From the IMG/VR virus record IMGVR_UViG_3300006802_012847, positions 36,319 to 100,318 of that record: a stretch of 64,000 nucleotides of DNA; one strand, written 5' to 3'. A model generated the notes under the pieces. It searched no databases and was not told the origin of the DNA. It saw only the letters and a list, made by a program, of their open reading frames with translations. Source of the DNA: a virus. Position 1 is the first letter of the stretch. Every line of letters begins with the position of its first letter. Below, in pieces: positions 20,491-30,630 of this stretch. The translations under genes and the position numbers were made by a program.

Positions 20491-21099
20491 ATGAAAACCG
20501 TACTTATTGATGTATTACCATTTGAGTTTAAAAAATCGTCACTTAATGAATCATTGAGTGATGGAAAATTATTAGTAACAGGCGTATTACAACGTGCTGA
20601 TCACAAAAATCAAAATGGTAGAGTATACCCAGAAGAAATTTTAAAGCGTGAGTCTGACAAATACATGGACAACTTTGTTAAACAACGTAGAGCTATGGGC
20701 GAATTAGATCATCCAGAGAGCAGTGTTGTTAATCTTAAAAATGTCAGTCATAATATTGTTGACATGGGTTGGGATGGAAAAGACTTAGTTGGTACAGTTG
20801 AAATTTTACCAACACCAAGTGGTAACATCTTAAAAGATTTATTAAAGGCTGGTATTTTATTAGGCATAAGTAGTAGAGGATTAGGTAGTGTTAAAAAAGA
20901 TATGCATGAAGGTGCAGATGTTGTTCAAGACGACTTTGACTTGATTGCTTTTGATTTTGTAAGTAATCCATCTACACAAGGTGCGTTTATGTATCCAGGT
21001 GGAAAAATAAACGAAGGAATTGTTCCAGTCACAAATAATATTGTTAATCCTTATGCTAATGTAGAAAGAATTATTCACGATATTATATCAGAATTATAA
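20491..21099 (+). CDS. prohead core protease (gp21-like)
   Basis: NQNGRVYP, GELDHP, VSH, GISSRGLGS, DFVSNPS. Confidence 0.93.
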   Translation: MKTVLIDVLPFEFKKSSLNESLSDGKLLVTGVLQRADHKNQNGRVYPEEILKRESDKYMDNFVKQRRAMGELDHPESSVVNLKNVSHNIVDMGWDGKDLVGTVEILPTPSGNILKDLLKAGILLGISSRGLGSVKKDMHEGADVVQDDFDLIAFDFVSNPSTQGAFMYPGGKINEGIVPVTNNIVNPYANVERIIHDIISEL

Positions 21100-21130
21100 T
21101 ATTTATTATTAACAATCAATTTAATGTAAT

Positions 21131-21583
21131 ATGATAAAGTTTAAGAAATTAGCTGAAAGTATGTCTCCAGAGGAAGCGTATAAACCTTTGGCGCAAGAAG
21201 AAAAAGTTAAACTCCGTGAGACTGTAAAAGCGTACAACGAATATCGTAATGCTTTGAAAGCGGAAGCTATTTATGCTACTGCTGCTAAAATCTCAGAAGC
21301 AATTAACTTAGCAGAACGTTATGCTTTGCGTGAATGTGGAGAGTGGATGGAGGCAAAGATGGTAGAACGTGATATGAAAGAAGTAAAAAAACTTTCAAAT
21401 AAGCTAGTTGAAGAAGCAAACAAAATAAAAGAAGTAGAACACCAATTAGAAATGTTATATGAAGAAATTGGTTTAAAATTAGAACGTTATTTTGAAATTG
21501 CAGATCCAGTTGAAGAAAACTCTGAATTGCCAGGTGCAAGACCTATTGTTCAGACACACCAACAACCTCCATATCAAGACTAA
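21131..21583 (+). CDS. hypothetical coiled-coil head protein
   Basis: 150 aa; leader MIKFKKLAE; TATTTAT at 21100. Confidence 0.6.
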   Translation: MIKFKKLAESMSPEEAYKPLAQEEKVKLRETVKAYNEYRNALKAEAIYATAAKISEAINLAERYALRECGEWMEAKMVERDMKEVKKLSNKLVEEANKIKEVEHQLEMLYEEIGLKLERYFEIADPVEENSELPGARPIVQTHQQPPYQD

Positions 21584-21605
21584 TACATAACTTTATGTGT
21601 GCAAG

Positions 21606-21634
21606 AAAAAGCCCTTCAAAAGAAGGGCTTTTTT
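21606..21634. terminator. bidirectional intrinsic terminator
   Basis: A5-GCCCTTC-aaaa-GAAGGGC-T6 between convergent genes. Confidence 0.85.
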
Positions 21635-21637
21635 GTT

Positions 21638-21991
21638 TTATATATTTAAAGAAGGAGTTGAGTCTATATACTCAAGCATTTTTTTAAAAGTTTCAAAAAC
21701 ATATTTTCGATTAGTTTCTAATACATAACCTTCATTCGTTTTGTATGCTTTTATATTTACTTTTTTACTATCTTCTTCTAGATTTTGAAGTTCGACTTCG
21801 CAAGTCATTTCGTCTTCACTGTTTATTATGAATCCCATGTCTCCTAAAGTATCGATTTCGTTAAATTTCCATCCTTTGGGGTTTTCAATATCAGAAAGAT
21901 TATATCTAGATTCTTTTACTGAATCTTCGTCTTCATTATCAGCACGATTCAAGAATGCTTTAAATTTTATTGTGTTTGGTTTATAGTCCAT
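21638..21991 (-). CDS. hypothetical protein
   Basis: 117 aa, coupled to the upstream minus-strand gene, ends at the bidirectional terminator. Confidence 0.6.
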   Translation of the reverse strand: MDYKPNTIKFKAFLNRADNEDEDSVKESRYNLSDIENPKGWKFNEIDTLGDMGFIINSEDEMTCEVELQNLEEDSKKVNIKAYKTNEGYVLETNRKYVFETFKKMLEYIDSTPSLNI

Positions 21992-22580
21992 ATGCGTTAA
22001 TTCTATCTATGAAGTCTGATAATACTTTAGTTTTTACTTCATCTTTGTTGTCAAATATACTACTGAGTGCGTATGCGACATTTTCAACTGATTTATCGTC
22101 ATCCGCATCTGATCCAACTATTCCTACAAAGCAACCGTAATTATAAAGACCAGGATTTTCATTATTTTTTAATTTCTTAAATACATAAGTCTTTGATGTT
22201 CCGTTATTGAAAACATTGGCAGATAATTCATTCGTAGATTTTTTATGAACGAAATTAACTCTACCCATACCACCAAACCCGTTTTGTTTATTTTGAAAAG
22301 ATAATAATTCTTTTTTATCAAATGGAACTCCGCCATTTTGACTTAGTACTTGTTTAAGACTTTGATTTGGAACTTCTCTCATTTTACTCATACTATACTC
22401 ATTTTCTTTAAGATTTTTGAGTATTTCTTTGAGTTTAGTAAAATCTTTTACATCACTTGGTTTTATATCTTTTGCCATTTTTCTTACTTTGGTTGATACC
22501 TTTTTTAACGGAATATTACCTGTTTGTACTCCACGTACTAATCTAAACAGTCTTGCTTGTTTTTCGCTTTTTGCAGGCAT
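21981..22580 (-). CDS. hypothetical protein with basic N-terminal MPAKSEKQ domain (DUF3008-like)
   Basis: 199 aa; minus-strand TATTTAT box at 22587-22593. Confidence 0.6.
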   Translation of the reverse strand: MPAKSEKQARLFRLVRGVQTGNIPLKKVSTKVRKMAKDIKPSDVKDFTKLKEILKNLKENEYSMSKMREVPNQSLKQVLSQNGGVPFDKKELLSFQNKQNGFGGMGRVNFVHKKSTNELSANVFNNGTSKTYVFKKLKNNENPGLYNYGCFVGIVGSDADDDKSVENVAYALSSIFDNKDEVKTKVLSDFIDRINAYGL

Positions 22581-22586
22581 ATACCA

Positions 22587-22633
22587 ATAAATATAATTTT
22601 TTTTTGCATTTTTAGAATTTTAATTATATTTAT
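22587..22633. promoter_or_regulatory. divergent pair of TATTTAT late-promoter-like boxes
   Basis: ATAAATA 22587-22593 faces the minus-strand gene and TATTTAT 22627-22633 faces scaffold/capsid; representative of about 20 copies. Confidence 0.6.
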
Positions 22634-22730
22634 TTTAAAATACACCAATTGTTTGGTGTCTACTGCAATTTAACTTCTTTGGAGTTCTCCAATAACTTCA
22701 CGACAAAAAATAAGAAAGGATAATTATATC

Positions 22731-23804
22731 ATGAGCGATCTATTAAAGGAAAGCATCGCAGACGCAAAAGCTGTTCGTGAAACTGCTATTGCTAATGCTA
22801 AAACCTTTCTTGAGGAAAACTTTGCAAAGAGCATGAAAGAAATGTTTGCTGAGAAACTCAAGGAAGAATCAGAACAACAAGAGGAATCTGTTGAACCTAC
22901 CACTGAGGTAGACGAAAACTTAGATTCTTCTGGTATCGGTAAAGATAGTGGTAACACTGTCTCAAGTCAACGTCCAGTCGAACCATCTACTGCTGCAAGC
23001 AAGAATACGGTTCCAGCTGGAAAACAAGAATTTGATGCTGCTCTTGAAGAGAGCGAAGAAATTACTAGCGAAGAGTTAGATGAAATTCTTGCTGAACTAG
23101 AAGGTCAAGAAACTGTAGCCGAAACAGCACCAATCGCTGAAGAGGAAGAAGTTGAAGCCGAAGAGGAAGAAGAAATCAACTTAGAAGCATTAATCGCTGA
23201 ACTAGAAGCTGAAACTAACGAAGGACATGGTATGGCACATGATGTTGCTGCTATCAGAGACGACGAAGATCAGATTTCTAAATTAGCAAAAGATGCTGGT
23301 GAAGATGCCGCTGATATCAGCAGTGAAGAAATTGCGGAAGATGGCGATGGATCTGAACCAAGTATCGATGAGATGGCTGATGCTCTTCTCGCTATTAATG
23401 AAGAAAATGAACAATTGAAAAAAGAACTAAGTGAACACCAAGAAACCGTTAAGTACTTGAAGGGTGTATTGGAAGAAACTAATCTTTTGAATGCTAAATT
23501 GCTTTTCACCAACAAATTGTTCAAAGGAAAGAATTTAACTGAGAGTCAAAAACTCAAGGTTATCAATACGTTTGATTTAACCAAAACATTACGTGAGATT
23601 AAATTAGCGTATACCGTTTTAGCCGAATCATTTAATGCCGGTGGATCGGTTGCCAAGAAAAAAACTAATGCAACTGTCTCAACTATCACCGAAGGTTTGG
23701 CAAGCAAACCAGTATCCAGTACAAAGCCTGAAGCTAACATTGTAGAGCCTCAAGCTGATGACATGGCCTCTCGATTCCAAAAACTCGCTGGAATTGTAAG
23801 GTAA
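22731..23804 (+). CDS. prohead scaffolding protein (gp22-like)
   Basis: Highly acidic with many LxE sites, C-terminal RFQKLAGI, directly before the capsid gene; SD GAAAGG. Confidence 0.8.
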   Translation: MSDLLKESIADAKAVRETAIANAKTFLEENFAKSMKEMFAEKLKEESEQQEESVEPTTEVDENLDSSGIGKDSGNTVSSQRPVEPSTAASKNTVPAGKQEFDAALEESEEITSEELDEILAELEGQETVAETAPIAEEEEVEAEEEEEINLEALIAELEAETNEGHGMAHDVAAIRDDEDQISKLAKDAGEDAADISSEEIAEDGDGSEPSIDEMADALLAINEENEQLKKELSEHQETVKYLKGVLEETNLLNAKLLFTNKLFKGKNLTESQKLKVINTFDLTKTLREIKLAYTVLAESFNAGGSVAKKKTNATVSTITEGLASKPVSSTKPEANIVEPQADDMASRFQKLAGIVR

Positions 23805-23851
23805 TTTAGTTTGCGAGTAAAACCAAAAAAATAATAGATAGGAGAAATAAT

Positions 23852-25591
23852 ATGGACGTAAAGAGTCTACTAACAAATAATATGAATCCACAGGCTAAGT
23901 TAATGCAAGAAACCCGTGGACTACAAAGCAAGTGGGACAAGACTGGTCTTCTTGAAGGTATAAATGGTGTTGAAAAAGCACACATGTCCATCCTTTTGGA
24001 AAACCAAGCTAAACAATTGTTGGACGAAGCTTCAACAACTGGTACTTCCGCTAATAGTGAACAATGGGCAGGCGTTGCTCTTCCATTAGTAAGACGTGTA
24101 TTTGCTGAGATCGCAGCTAAGGAATTCGTATCGGTTCAACCAATGAATCTTCCTTCTGGTCTTATCTTCTACTTGGACTTCAAATATGGAAACAATGGTC
24201 TAGGTCATACAGCTGGTGATAGCTTATTCGGTGGTAACCAAAAGAAATTAGGTTCTACAGACGAAGCTGTTAAAGGTTTGTATGGTCAAGGTAGTTTTGC
24301 TTATTCTGAAAGAAGTGCTAGCAGTAATAACGGGGCTGTTACAAATGGTCTCTGGACTGTTGCTTCTGCTTCTTTAAGTGAAACCCAATTCGCATTGTTA
24401 AATACAGGTTCTAATGGTTTTGTTAAGGGTGTATTTAAATTGACAATTAATGTTGATGAAAATACACAAGCCACAGCAACTGCTGCTAATGGATATATGT
24501 ACAACGTTGACTTAAACGCTGTACGTTCTTTCCAAGCCAAGAAAGCCAATGCTACTAATTACACAATGTTAAACACTTACGCCTATGCTGATAACACAGG
24601 TAGTTTGGCTAACCCATACTATCGTGTACACTTGTTCGTAAGTCAATCTAGCGCAGTTGCAGCTCCAACAGTATCTGGATCTGTTATTTACACGATCCAA
24701 CCAACTGATGATGCTCGCGGTGACTTCGAAGATGGTAAGACTGCTGGTGAAGGTTCTGGTAATTCTGCATTTACTGAAACCCAAGCTATTGGTATTGACA
24801 TTAACATCCCAGAAGTTAACTTGGAACTCAAGAGTGAACCAATCGTTGCTAAAACTCGTAAGTTGAAAGCAGTCTGGACCCCAGAACTTGCTCAAGACTT
24901 AAATGCTTATCACAGCATTGACGCAGAAGCAGAATTAACTGCTCTCTTGTCTGAGTATGTATCGATGGAAATCGACCTTGAAATCCTCGACATGCTAAAT
25001 GAGTCTGTTCTTGGTAGCACAACCGAAGCTTGGTCTGCCCAAATCGGTACTGAATACACCAAGAGCGTAAACGCTACAACTGGAAGAGCTAGTTTCACAA
25101 GAAACATCGACGCTTCTCCAAATCGTACCGCTTATGTCAAATCTACTTGGTTCCAAACTCTTGGTAACAAGATCCAAAAGGTATCCAATAAGATTCATCA
25201 ATTGACATTACGTGGTGGTGCTAACTTCTTGGTATGTTCACCAGACGTTGCAACAATCCTTGAATCTATTCCAGGCTATGTTGTTAACACGGATGGCGAT
25301 CAAGCTAAGTTCGCAATGGGTGTAAGCCGTGTAGGTAGCTTCGCAAGTAGATTCCAAGTTTACAAGAACCCATACATGACCGACAATGCAATTCTTGTTG
25401 GTTTCCGTGGTTCTAACTTCTTGGAAACTGGTGCGGTATATGCTCCATACATTCCGCTCATCCAAACTCCATTGGTATACGATCCAACAAACTTCACACC
25501 ACGTAGAGGTGTTATGACCCGCTACGCTAAGAAGGTTGTTCGTCCTGAGTTCTACGGTAAGGTTCTTATCTCTGATCTCGACACCGTATAG
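23852..25591 (+). CDS. major capsid protein (gp23-like)
   Basis: LLENQ, LPLVRRV, VQPM, KTRKLKAVWTPELAQDL, YAPYIPL, FTPRRGVMTRYA. Confidence 0.97.
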   Translation: MDVKSLLTNNMNPQAKLMQETRGLQSKWDKTGLLEGINGVEKAHMSILLENQAKQLLDEASTTGTSANSEQWAGVALPLVRRVFAEIAAKEFVSVQPMNLPSGLIFYLDFKYGNNGLGHTAGDSLFGGNQKKLGSTDEAVKGLYGQGSFAYSERSASSNNGAVTNGLWTVASASLSETQFALLNTGSNGFVKGVFKLTINVDENTQATATAANGYMYNVDLNAVRSFQAKKANATNYTMLNTYAYADNTGSLANPYYRVHLFVSQSSAVAAPTVSGSVIYTIQPTDDARGDFEDGKTAGEGSGNSAFTETQAIGIDINIPEVNLELKSEPIVAKTRKLKAVWTPELAQDLNAYHSIDAEAELTALLSEYVSMEIDLEILDMLNESVLGSTTEAWSAQIGTEYTKSVNATTGRASFTRNIDASPNRTAYVKSTWFQTLGNKIQKVSNKIHQLTLRGGANFLVCSPDVATILESIPGYVVNTDGDQAKFAMGVSRVGSFASRFQVYKNPYMTDNAILVGFRGSNFLETGAVYAPYIPLIQTPLVYDPTNFTPRRGVMTRYAKKVVRPEFYGKVLISDLDTV

Positions 25592-25614
25592 TCTATGGTT
25601 TAAGGGTAATATTC

Positions 25615-25645
25615 AAGGCTCGGCTCAAAAGGCCGAGCCTTTTTT
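25615..25645 (+). terminator. intrinsic terminator
   Basis: AAGGCTCGGC-loop-GCCGAGCCTTTTTT. Confidence 0.85.
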
Positions 25646-25677
25646 GTTTTTTGATTTGAAGGCGCATATATATTCAT

Positions 25678-26046
25678 ATGAACAGATTTGAACAAACAGT
25701 ATTATTAAAACACGCGGGCGGTATTACAGCACAATGGTTAAATTCGTTTTCCAATCAAGTGGCTATTTGTACCTATTCACCTAAAGACAATGGAAAATAT
25801 TCTTTAGATTATGTATCGAGTCCATGGACCGGAATTAATAAACACGATACAGATGATTCATCTCAGTGGGAGTTAACTATCATACCAGGTTATGAGAAAG
25901 AAAGAGAACAAATTGCTTCGGAAGCGATGTTGATTTTAACGTGTTTAAATGCTAGTGTTGGTGGAGAAAGAGCTTTACAATCAATCTGGAATGCTCCTAC
26001 AATTGGTTTTGATTGGCCTGAACACCACGAAGAGTCAGGAGAATAA
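25678..26046 (+). CDS. hypothetical protein
   Basis: 122 aa ORF filling the gap after the terminator. Confidence 0.55.
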   Translation: MNRFEQTVLLKHAGGITAQWLNSFSNQVAICTYSPKDNGKYSLDYVSSPWTGINKHDTDDSSQWELTIIPGYEKEREQIASEAMLILTCLNASVGGERALQSIWNAPTIGFDWPEHHEESGE

Positions 26047-26052
26047 TTTTAG

Positions 26053-26829
26053 TTAAAAAAACGTATTAGTTGATTCTACGAGTATTTCATAAACTTCTTC
26101 TTTAAACGATGTATTTTTCGGATAAGGGAGAAGTTTATGTTTTAATGACTTAGTAAGTTTTTTGTTTTCAATTTTATTGCTTATAAATTTAATGTAACGA
26201 TGCTTACCACTTTCACGTTTTCTCCAAAAAGTTTTTCCAATTCTTTCTTTTAGTTTGTCTACACTGTGCGTTTTCCATCTAGCATACACACTTCTACTAT
26301 GTATCCATTCATAACTTGGAGGACCAATTAAACTAACACTATAATTTGGCATTAGAGCTACATCTACATAATTATCTCCTTGATATAAAAATCCAGTTGC
26401 TTGATATATAGTTCCAGTGTGACCTGCTTCACTATCAGCGTAACTTAGAATACATTTAATTCTTGGAAATTCTATATTCAATTGTCTGAAACTTTCTGCT
26501 ATACAAAAACTCTCCATATTTTTTCCATATCCATCTTCTATCCATAAACGTGTCAATTCAAACACGTTTTCGTTTTTTAAAAGAGGACTTATACTGGTAC
26601 TTGCATTTCTTCCAACTGCATTTCCATAAACCATCACACCAATTAATTTGTATTCATCGGTATTGAAAAAATCATTATTGATGTCATCTTTATAATAAAC
26701 TCCGTATGCTACAGTGCAACTTGTCCATTTATGTGAATAATGATGTTTTTCAATCAAATTTCGTGCTACGGACTTATTGATAGATTTCAAATGAATTAAA
26801 TTTGTATCACAATATTCAGAGTTTTTCAC
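26053..26829 (-). CDS. mom: Mom-family GNAT-fold DNA adenine modification enzyme
   Basis: HHYSH, LIGVMVYG, FELTRLW, KNMESFCI, LSYADSEAGHTGTIYQATGFLYQG; minus-strand TTGACA-16-TAGACT promoter at 26836-26863. Confidence 0.8.
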   Translation of the reverse strand: MKNSEYCDTNLIHLKSINKSVARNLIEKHHYSHKWTSCTVAYGVYYKDDINNDFFNTDEYKLIGVMVYGNAVGRNASTSISPLLKNENVFELTRLWIEDGYGKNMESFCIAESFRQLNIEFPRIKCILSYADSEAGHTGTIYQATGFLYQGDNYVDVALMPNYSVSLIGPPSYEWIHSRSVYARWKTHSVDKLKERIGKTFWRKRESGKHRYIKFISNKIENKKLTKSLKHKLLPYPKNTSFKEEVYEILVESTNTFF

Positions 26830-26896
26830 AATTTAAGTCTAAATGATACAGAATATTTGTCAATTTATTATAATTCTATATTGTATTTATATTTGT

Positions 26897-27334
26897 ATGA
26901 TTCCAGTCGAACTAATTTCTATGGCCGCGGGTAGTATAACAGGCTTTATATTTAAATATGCAGCACAACGTGCAAAGGAAAGGCACGATAACTTTCAATT
27001 AGCTTTACAAGGTATAGAAGCACTTGATAAATCTAGAAATGCAGCTGTTGACCGCGTTTCTATTGATGCTGGTAAATGGGTTAGGAGACTTATAGTTGTT
27101 AGCACGTTATTCGGCGTGATAATTGCTCCATTCGTTTTATCATTATTAAACGAACCTATTTATGTTCAAGTGGATTCAGCCGCACGTACGTGGTTTTTTG
27201 GATTATTTGGTGGTAGTCCAGAAACATATTTTGTTCGAATAGATGGTTATTTAATGATCCCAGAAGTCAGACAGACATTAACTGCTATTGTTGGTTTTTA
27301 TTTTGGGAGTTCAACTGTTTCTTCCACTAAGTAA
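26897..27334 (+). CDS. holin-like membrane protein
   Basis: Hydrophobic segments and C-terminal AIVGFYFGS; start moved to ATG 26897 because TATTTAT lies at 26884. Confidence 0.5.
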   Translation: MIPVELISMAAGSITGFIFKYAAQRAKERHDNFQLALQGIEALDKSRNAAVDRVSIDAGKWVRRLIVVSTLFGVIIAPFVLSLLNEPIYVQVDSAARTWFFGLFGGSPETYFVRIDGYLMIPEVRQTLTAIVGFYFGSSTVSSTK

Positions 27335-27337
27335 ACT

Positions 27338-27793
27338 ATGAAAAATTTTGTTATATTTATATTAATTTTCTTAACCAGTTGTTCATCGGGTGGAGGTTTT
27401 GGTAGTGTATTTTTAAACAAAAAAAACTTAGTTAAAGATCCAGATGTTCCATATGTTTTACGTTTGAAAAGTGACGTTATTGAATCGAATCAATTAAAAT
27501 CTGATTTGGAGTCATCTGTTAAACCAATTGAAAAAACGAATGAAAAAAAAGTTTTAGTGTTTAGTCCATCACAAAATTCTGTAATTAGCATTCCCCTCAA
27601 ATCTGATAAGAAAGAATATTTGCAAGAGGACAAAAAAGCAGAAAGAGATGAACGTATATTTGTTGAAGATAAAAATGTTAATGATTTAGATAAACCTATA
27701 TCATCAAGACATTTTGCTTATTTATGGATGTTCTGCATGACGCCCATTTGCATTTTACTTTTTTCTTTATTGGTTAGGAAAAATAAAATTTAA
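27338..27793 (+). CDS. lipoprotein with C-terminal TM helix (u-spanin-like)
   Basis: MKNFVIFILIFLTS|C lipobox; C-terminal hydrophobic helix then RKNK. Confidence 0.5.
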   Translation: MKNFVIFILIFLTSCSSGGGFGSVFLNKKNLVKDPDVPYVLRLKSDVIESNQLKSDLESSVKPIEKTNEKKVLVFSPSQNSVISIPLKSDKKEYLQEDKKAERDERIFVEDKNVNDLDKPISSRHFAYLWMFCMTPICILLFSLLVRKNKI

Positions 27794-27804
27794 TATTTAT
27801 TATT

Positions 27805-28440
27805 ATGAAATTCAAAGATTTATTTAAAGAGATATCATATAGAACGGGAAACATTATATCCAATAAAAATGAAATTTGTTCTATGTGTTTGACTGAAGAA
27901 GTAGAAGTTAGTCCGAATTTAAAATACCATTTGACAAAAAAATTATCTCTAAGTGATTCTATTTTTAGAACTTATAGTGAATCGTATTTTGAATTGATTA
28001 GCGAAGTTCGTGATTTATATTTTAAGAATTTGATAGAGTTATGTGATGCTGATGCTGAATTAGTCGAAAGTGATTTAGGTGAAAAAGCAATCTTTGAAGG
28101 TCGTGAAGTATATTTGGATGCTCCAGTGGAAATCGAAGAAGATATAATTATGGAAGCAAAATATAAAGGTAAAAAGGTGAATTTGAATAAACCATTTAGA
28201 ACACCAGGCGGACCTAAAAAATATGCTGTGTATGTGAAGAATAAAAGGGGAAACGTTATTAAAGTTACTTTTGGAGATCCAAACTTGAAAGTTAAAGGAT
28301 CTAGTGCTGCTAGAAGAAAAAGTTTTGCTGCTAGACATAAGTGTAGTCAGAAGAAAGATAAGACTACCGCTGGATATTGGAGTTGTAGAAGTCACAGAAT
28401 GAGAAGTCTTGGTAACAAGGGAAAAGGTAAATATTGGTAG
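27805..28440 (+). CDS. conserved phage protein, acidic N-half and basic C-terminal domain (putative internal head protein)
   Basis: MKFKDLFKE leader; IMEA then NKPFRTPGGPKK..FGDP..RKSFAARHKC..GYWSC. Confidence 0.65.
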   Translation: MKFKDLFKEISYRTGNIISNKNEICSMCLTEEVEVSPNLKYHLTKKLSLSDSIFRTYSESYFELISEVRDLYFKNLIELCDADAELVESDLGEKAIFEGREVYLDAPVEIEEDIIMEAKYKGKKVNLNKPFRTPGGPKKYAVYVKNKRGNVIKVTFGDPNLKVKGSSAARRKSFAARHKCSQKKDKTTAGYWSCRSHRMRSLGNKGKGKYW

Positions 28441-28447
28441 GATTTGT

Positions 28448-28747
28448 ATGAAACCATATACAGAAATCGATGTTGGGGATAACAATTTTATACGAGAATT
28501 TAAGTCAGATATATCTTCAGATGAGTTGGAGTGGCACTTAGATAAAGAGGACAGAATTATCGAAGTGGTTAACAATGATGGTGGATGGGAATTTCAATTA
28601 GATAATAGTTTGCCCATTTTGTTAAAAGAAACAATATTTATACCTAGAGAAACGTATCACAGAGTTATTAAAGGAAAAGGTGCGTTGACATTAAGGATAC
28701 AGAAATTATATGGATCAGAAAACAATAATTACACTGGAAAAAATTAA
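28448..28747 (+). CDS. cupin-like protein
   Basis: EWHLDKEDR...IFIPRETYHRVIKG; likely ATG at 28448. Confidence 0.55.
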   Translation: MKPYTEIDVGDNNFIREFKSDISSDELEWHLDKEDRIIEVVNNDGGWEFQLDNSLPILLKETIFIPRETYHRVIKGKGALTLRIQKLYGSENNNYTGKN

Positions 28748-28847
28748 GAAAGCTAAAGACAAAAAGGAGCAGAAAATTCTAGAAGAAATTAGATCAAAAC
28801 TGCCTCCAGTATCGGAATATAAAAGGATAGCTCAATCATTTTTATAA
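28710..28847 (+). CDS. small hypothetical protein (45 aa, not in ORF track)
   Basis: ATG GAT CAG AAA... MDQKTIITLEKIKKAK...QSFL*. Confidence 0.35.
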   Translation: MDQKTIITLEKIKKAKDKKEQKILEEIRSKLPPVSEYKRIAQSFL

Positions 28848-28902
28848 TTGATTACATTTTAATCAAATATAATTAAGAAATAATCTATTTATATTATAAT
28901 AT

Positions 28903-30282
28903 ATGAGCTTTCTTGACAAAGATTTATTACTTACAAAATATAGCGGAAGTGTATTTGTTGAATCAAAAATAACTCCCGTCTCTGGCTCTGTATTATTTTT
29001 TAACGGCAATAGAGATTTAGGTACTTTACTTACTTCTTCTTTGACCGTTAATTCTGCTTCTTATGCTGTTTCATCGTCATATGCTTCGGAGGGTGGTACA
29101 AATTATAATTTAAGTACTGTTGTTGCATCTGAAGATATTTTGAAGGGTGAAGTGGTCGAAACTACAACTGCTTTATCAGGTGACATTGTTGTTCGTAAAG
29201 CTGTTGCTAAAATCCCAGATCCAGTTTCTGGCTCATTAAGTACTGTTGTGGGTATTGCTTCTCAGAATATTACATCTGGGTCTAGAGGCAATATTATAAC
29301 ACAAGGATATTTAAGTGGATTAAATACATCTACTGGATTTTCTGACGGAGATACTTTATATGTAAGTTCTACGATTTCTGGTTCAATTACATCAATTCGA
29401 CCTCTTGCTCCTAAAGATAAAATAAAACTTGGTTATGTTTCCAAGATAGATGGATCAGCTGGAAGAATATTTGTAGATATTGAACAACCTAAAGCATTTG
29501 GAGATTTAAGTAATTTTTCTGGTTCGGTATCAGCCGGAGCATTCATGGTTTATGACGCATCCACTGGTAATTGGTCACCTAGATCTGAAGGTTTAGTTTT
29601 AAGCGGTAGTTTGAGTGCTAGTAACGCCGATGTTAATAGTTTGGTGGCTGGCACGATATTAGTAAATGATACGTTTTCTACATTAAATGCTACGGTACAA
29701 AATGATTTAATCATCGAAAATGATTTAACTGTTGCTAGAGATGTTGTTGTTGAAAGAACATTAATAGCTAGTGGATCAGTTACACCGTTTAGAGTTGCTA
29801 GTGTTGATAGTGATTTGCCAGTTCTATATGTAACTGGTAGTAGAGTGGGTGTTGGTAGAACTGATCCTCAGTTTACAATGCACGTAAGTGGATCATTTGC
29901 TGCTTCGACAAAATCATTCGTTATTGACCACGCTACTCAACCAGGTAAAGCTCTAGTTCATGCTACATTGGAGGGTCCAGAACATGCTGTATTTGTTCGT
30001 GGTCGTACAGATCAGTTAGTGATTGATTTGCCTGATTATTGGACATGGCTTGTGGATGAATCAACGATATCAGTGAACGTCTCAGCGGTTGATAATCCTG
30101 CTATTTATTATATTAAGAAAATCGAAAATAATAAGATTTACCTGGGTGTTACTAGAAATGACGCGTGGTATCAAAAACTTAAATTGCCATGGTCTGGTAA
30201 GAAAACAGATAATTACTATTATTTAGTACACGCTGAACGTAAAGATGTTGATAAGTTGAGAACTGTTATCAAAAGACGATAA
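28903..30282 (+). CDS. tail-fibre/spike-like structural protein
   Basis: Ser/Gly-rich beta repeats, RVGVGRTDP, C-terminal TKSFVIDH..HATLEGPE domain. Confidence 0.6.
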   Translation: MSFLDKDLLLTKYSGSVFVESKITPVSGSVLFFNGNRDLGTLLTSSLTVNSASYAVSSSYASEGGTNYNLSTVVASEDILKGEVVETTTALSGDIVVRKAVAKIPDPVSGSLSTVVGIASQNITSGSRGNIITQGYLSGLNTSTGFSDGDTLYVSSTISGSITSIRPLAPKDKIKLGYVSKIDGSAGRIFVDIEQPKAFGDLSNFSGSVSAGAFMVYDASTGNWSPRSEGLVLSGSLSASNADVNSLVAGTILVNDTFSTLNATVQNDLIIENDLTVARDVVVERTLIASGSVTPFRVASVDSDLPVLYVTGSRVGVGRTDPQFTMHVSGSFAASTKSFVIDHATQPGKALVHATLEGPEHAVFVRGRTDQLVIDLPDYWTWLVDESTISVNVSAVDNPAIYYIKKIENNKIYLGVTRNDAWYQKLKLPWSGKKTDNYYYLVHAERKDVDKLRTVIKRR

Positions 30283-30326
30283 TAAATAAAGTTGGTGTAT
30301 AGTATTAAGTTACTATATATTGTTAT

Positions 30327-30614
30327 ATGACTACAGAAAATGTTATAAAGTTTAATGATGAGGAAATGCAGCAGATTGCTGAACTCCAGGCTAAATATCA
30401 ACAAAAAATCTTCGATTTAGGTCAGAATGAATTAGCTTATATTGATACCAAGCAACAATTGGAAGATATTGAAAATATCAAAAAACAAATTCTTGAAGCT
30501 TGGACTGATATTCAAAAAGAAGAAACTGCGCTTTTGAAATCACTAAGTGACAAGTATGGAGATGGTGTGTTGAATATTAAAGATGGAACTTTTAAACCAT
30601 CTACGGCTCAGTAA
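30327..30614 (+). CDS. small coiled-coil protein
   Basis: 95 aa ending KYGDGVLNIKDGTF. Confidence 0.65.
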   Translation: MTTENVIKFNDEEMQQIAELQAKYQQKIFDLGQNELAYIDTKQQLEDIENIKKQILEAWTDIQKEETALLKSLSDKYGDGVLNIKDGTFKPSTAQ

Positions 30615-30630
30615 TTGATATTTATATTAT

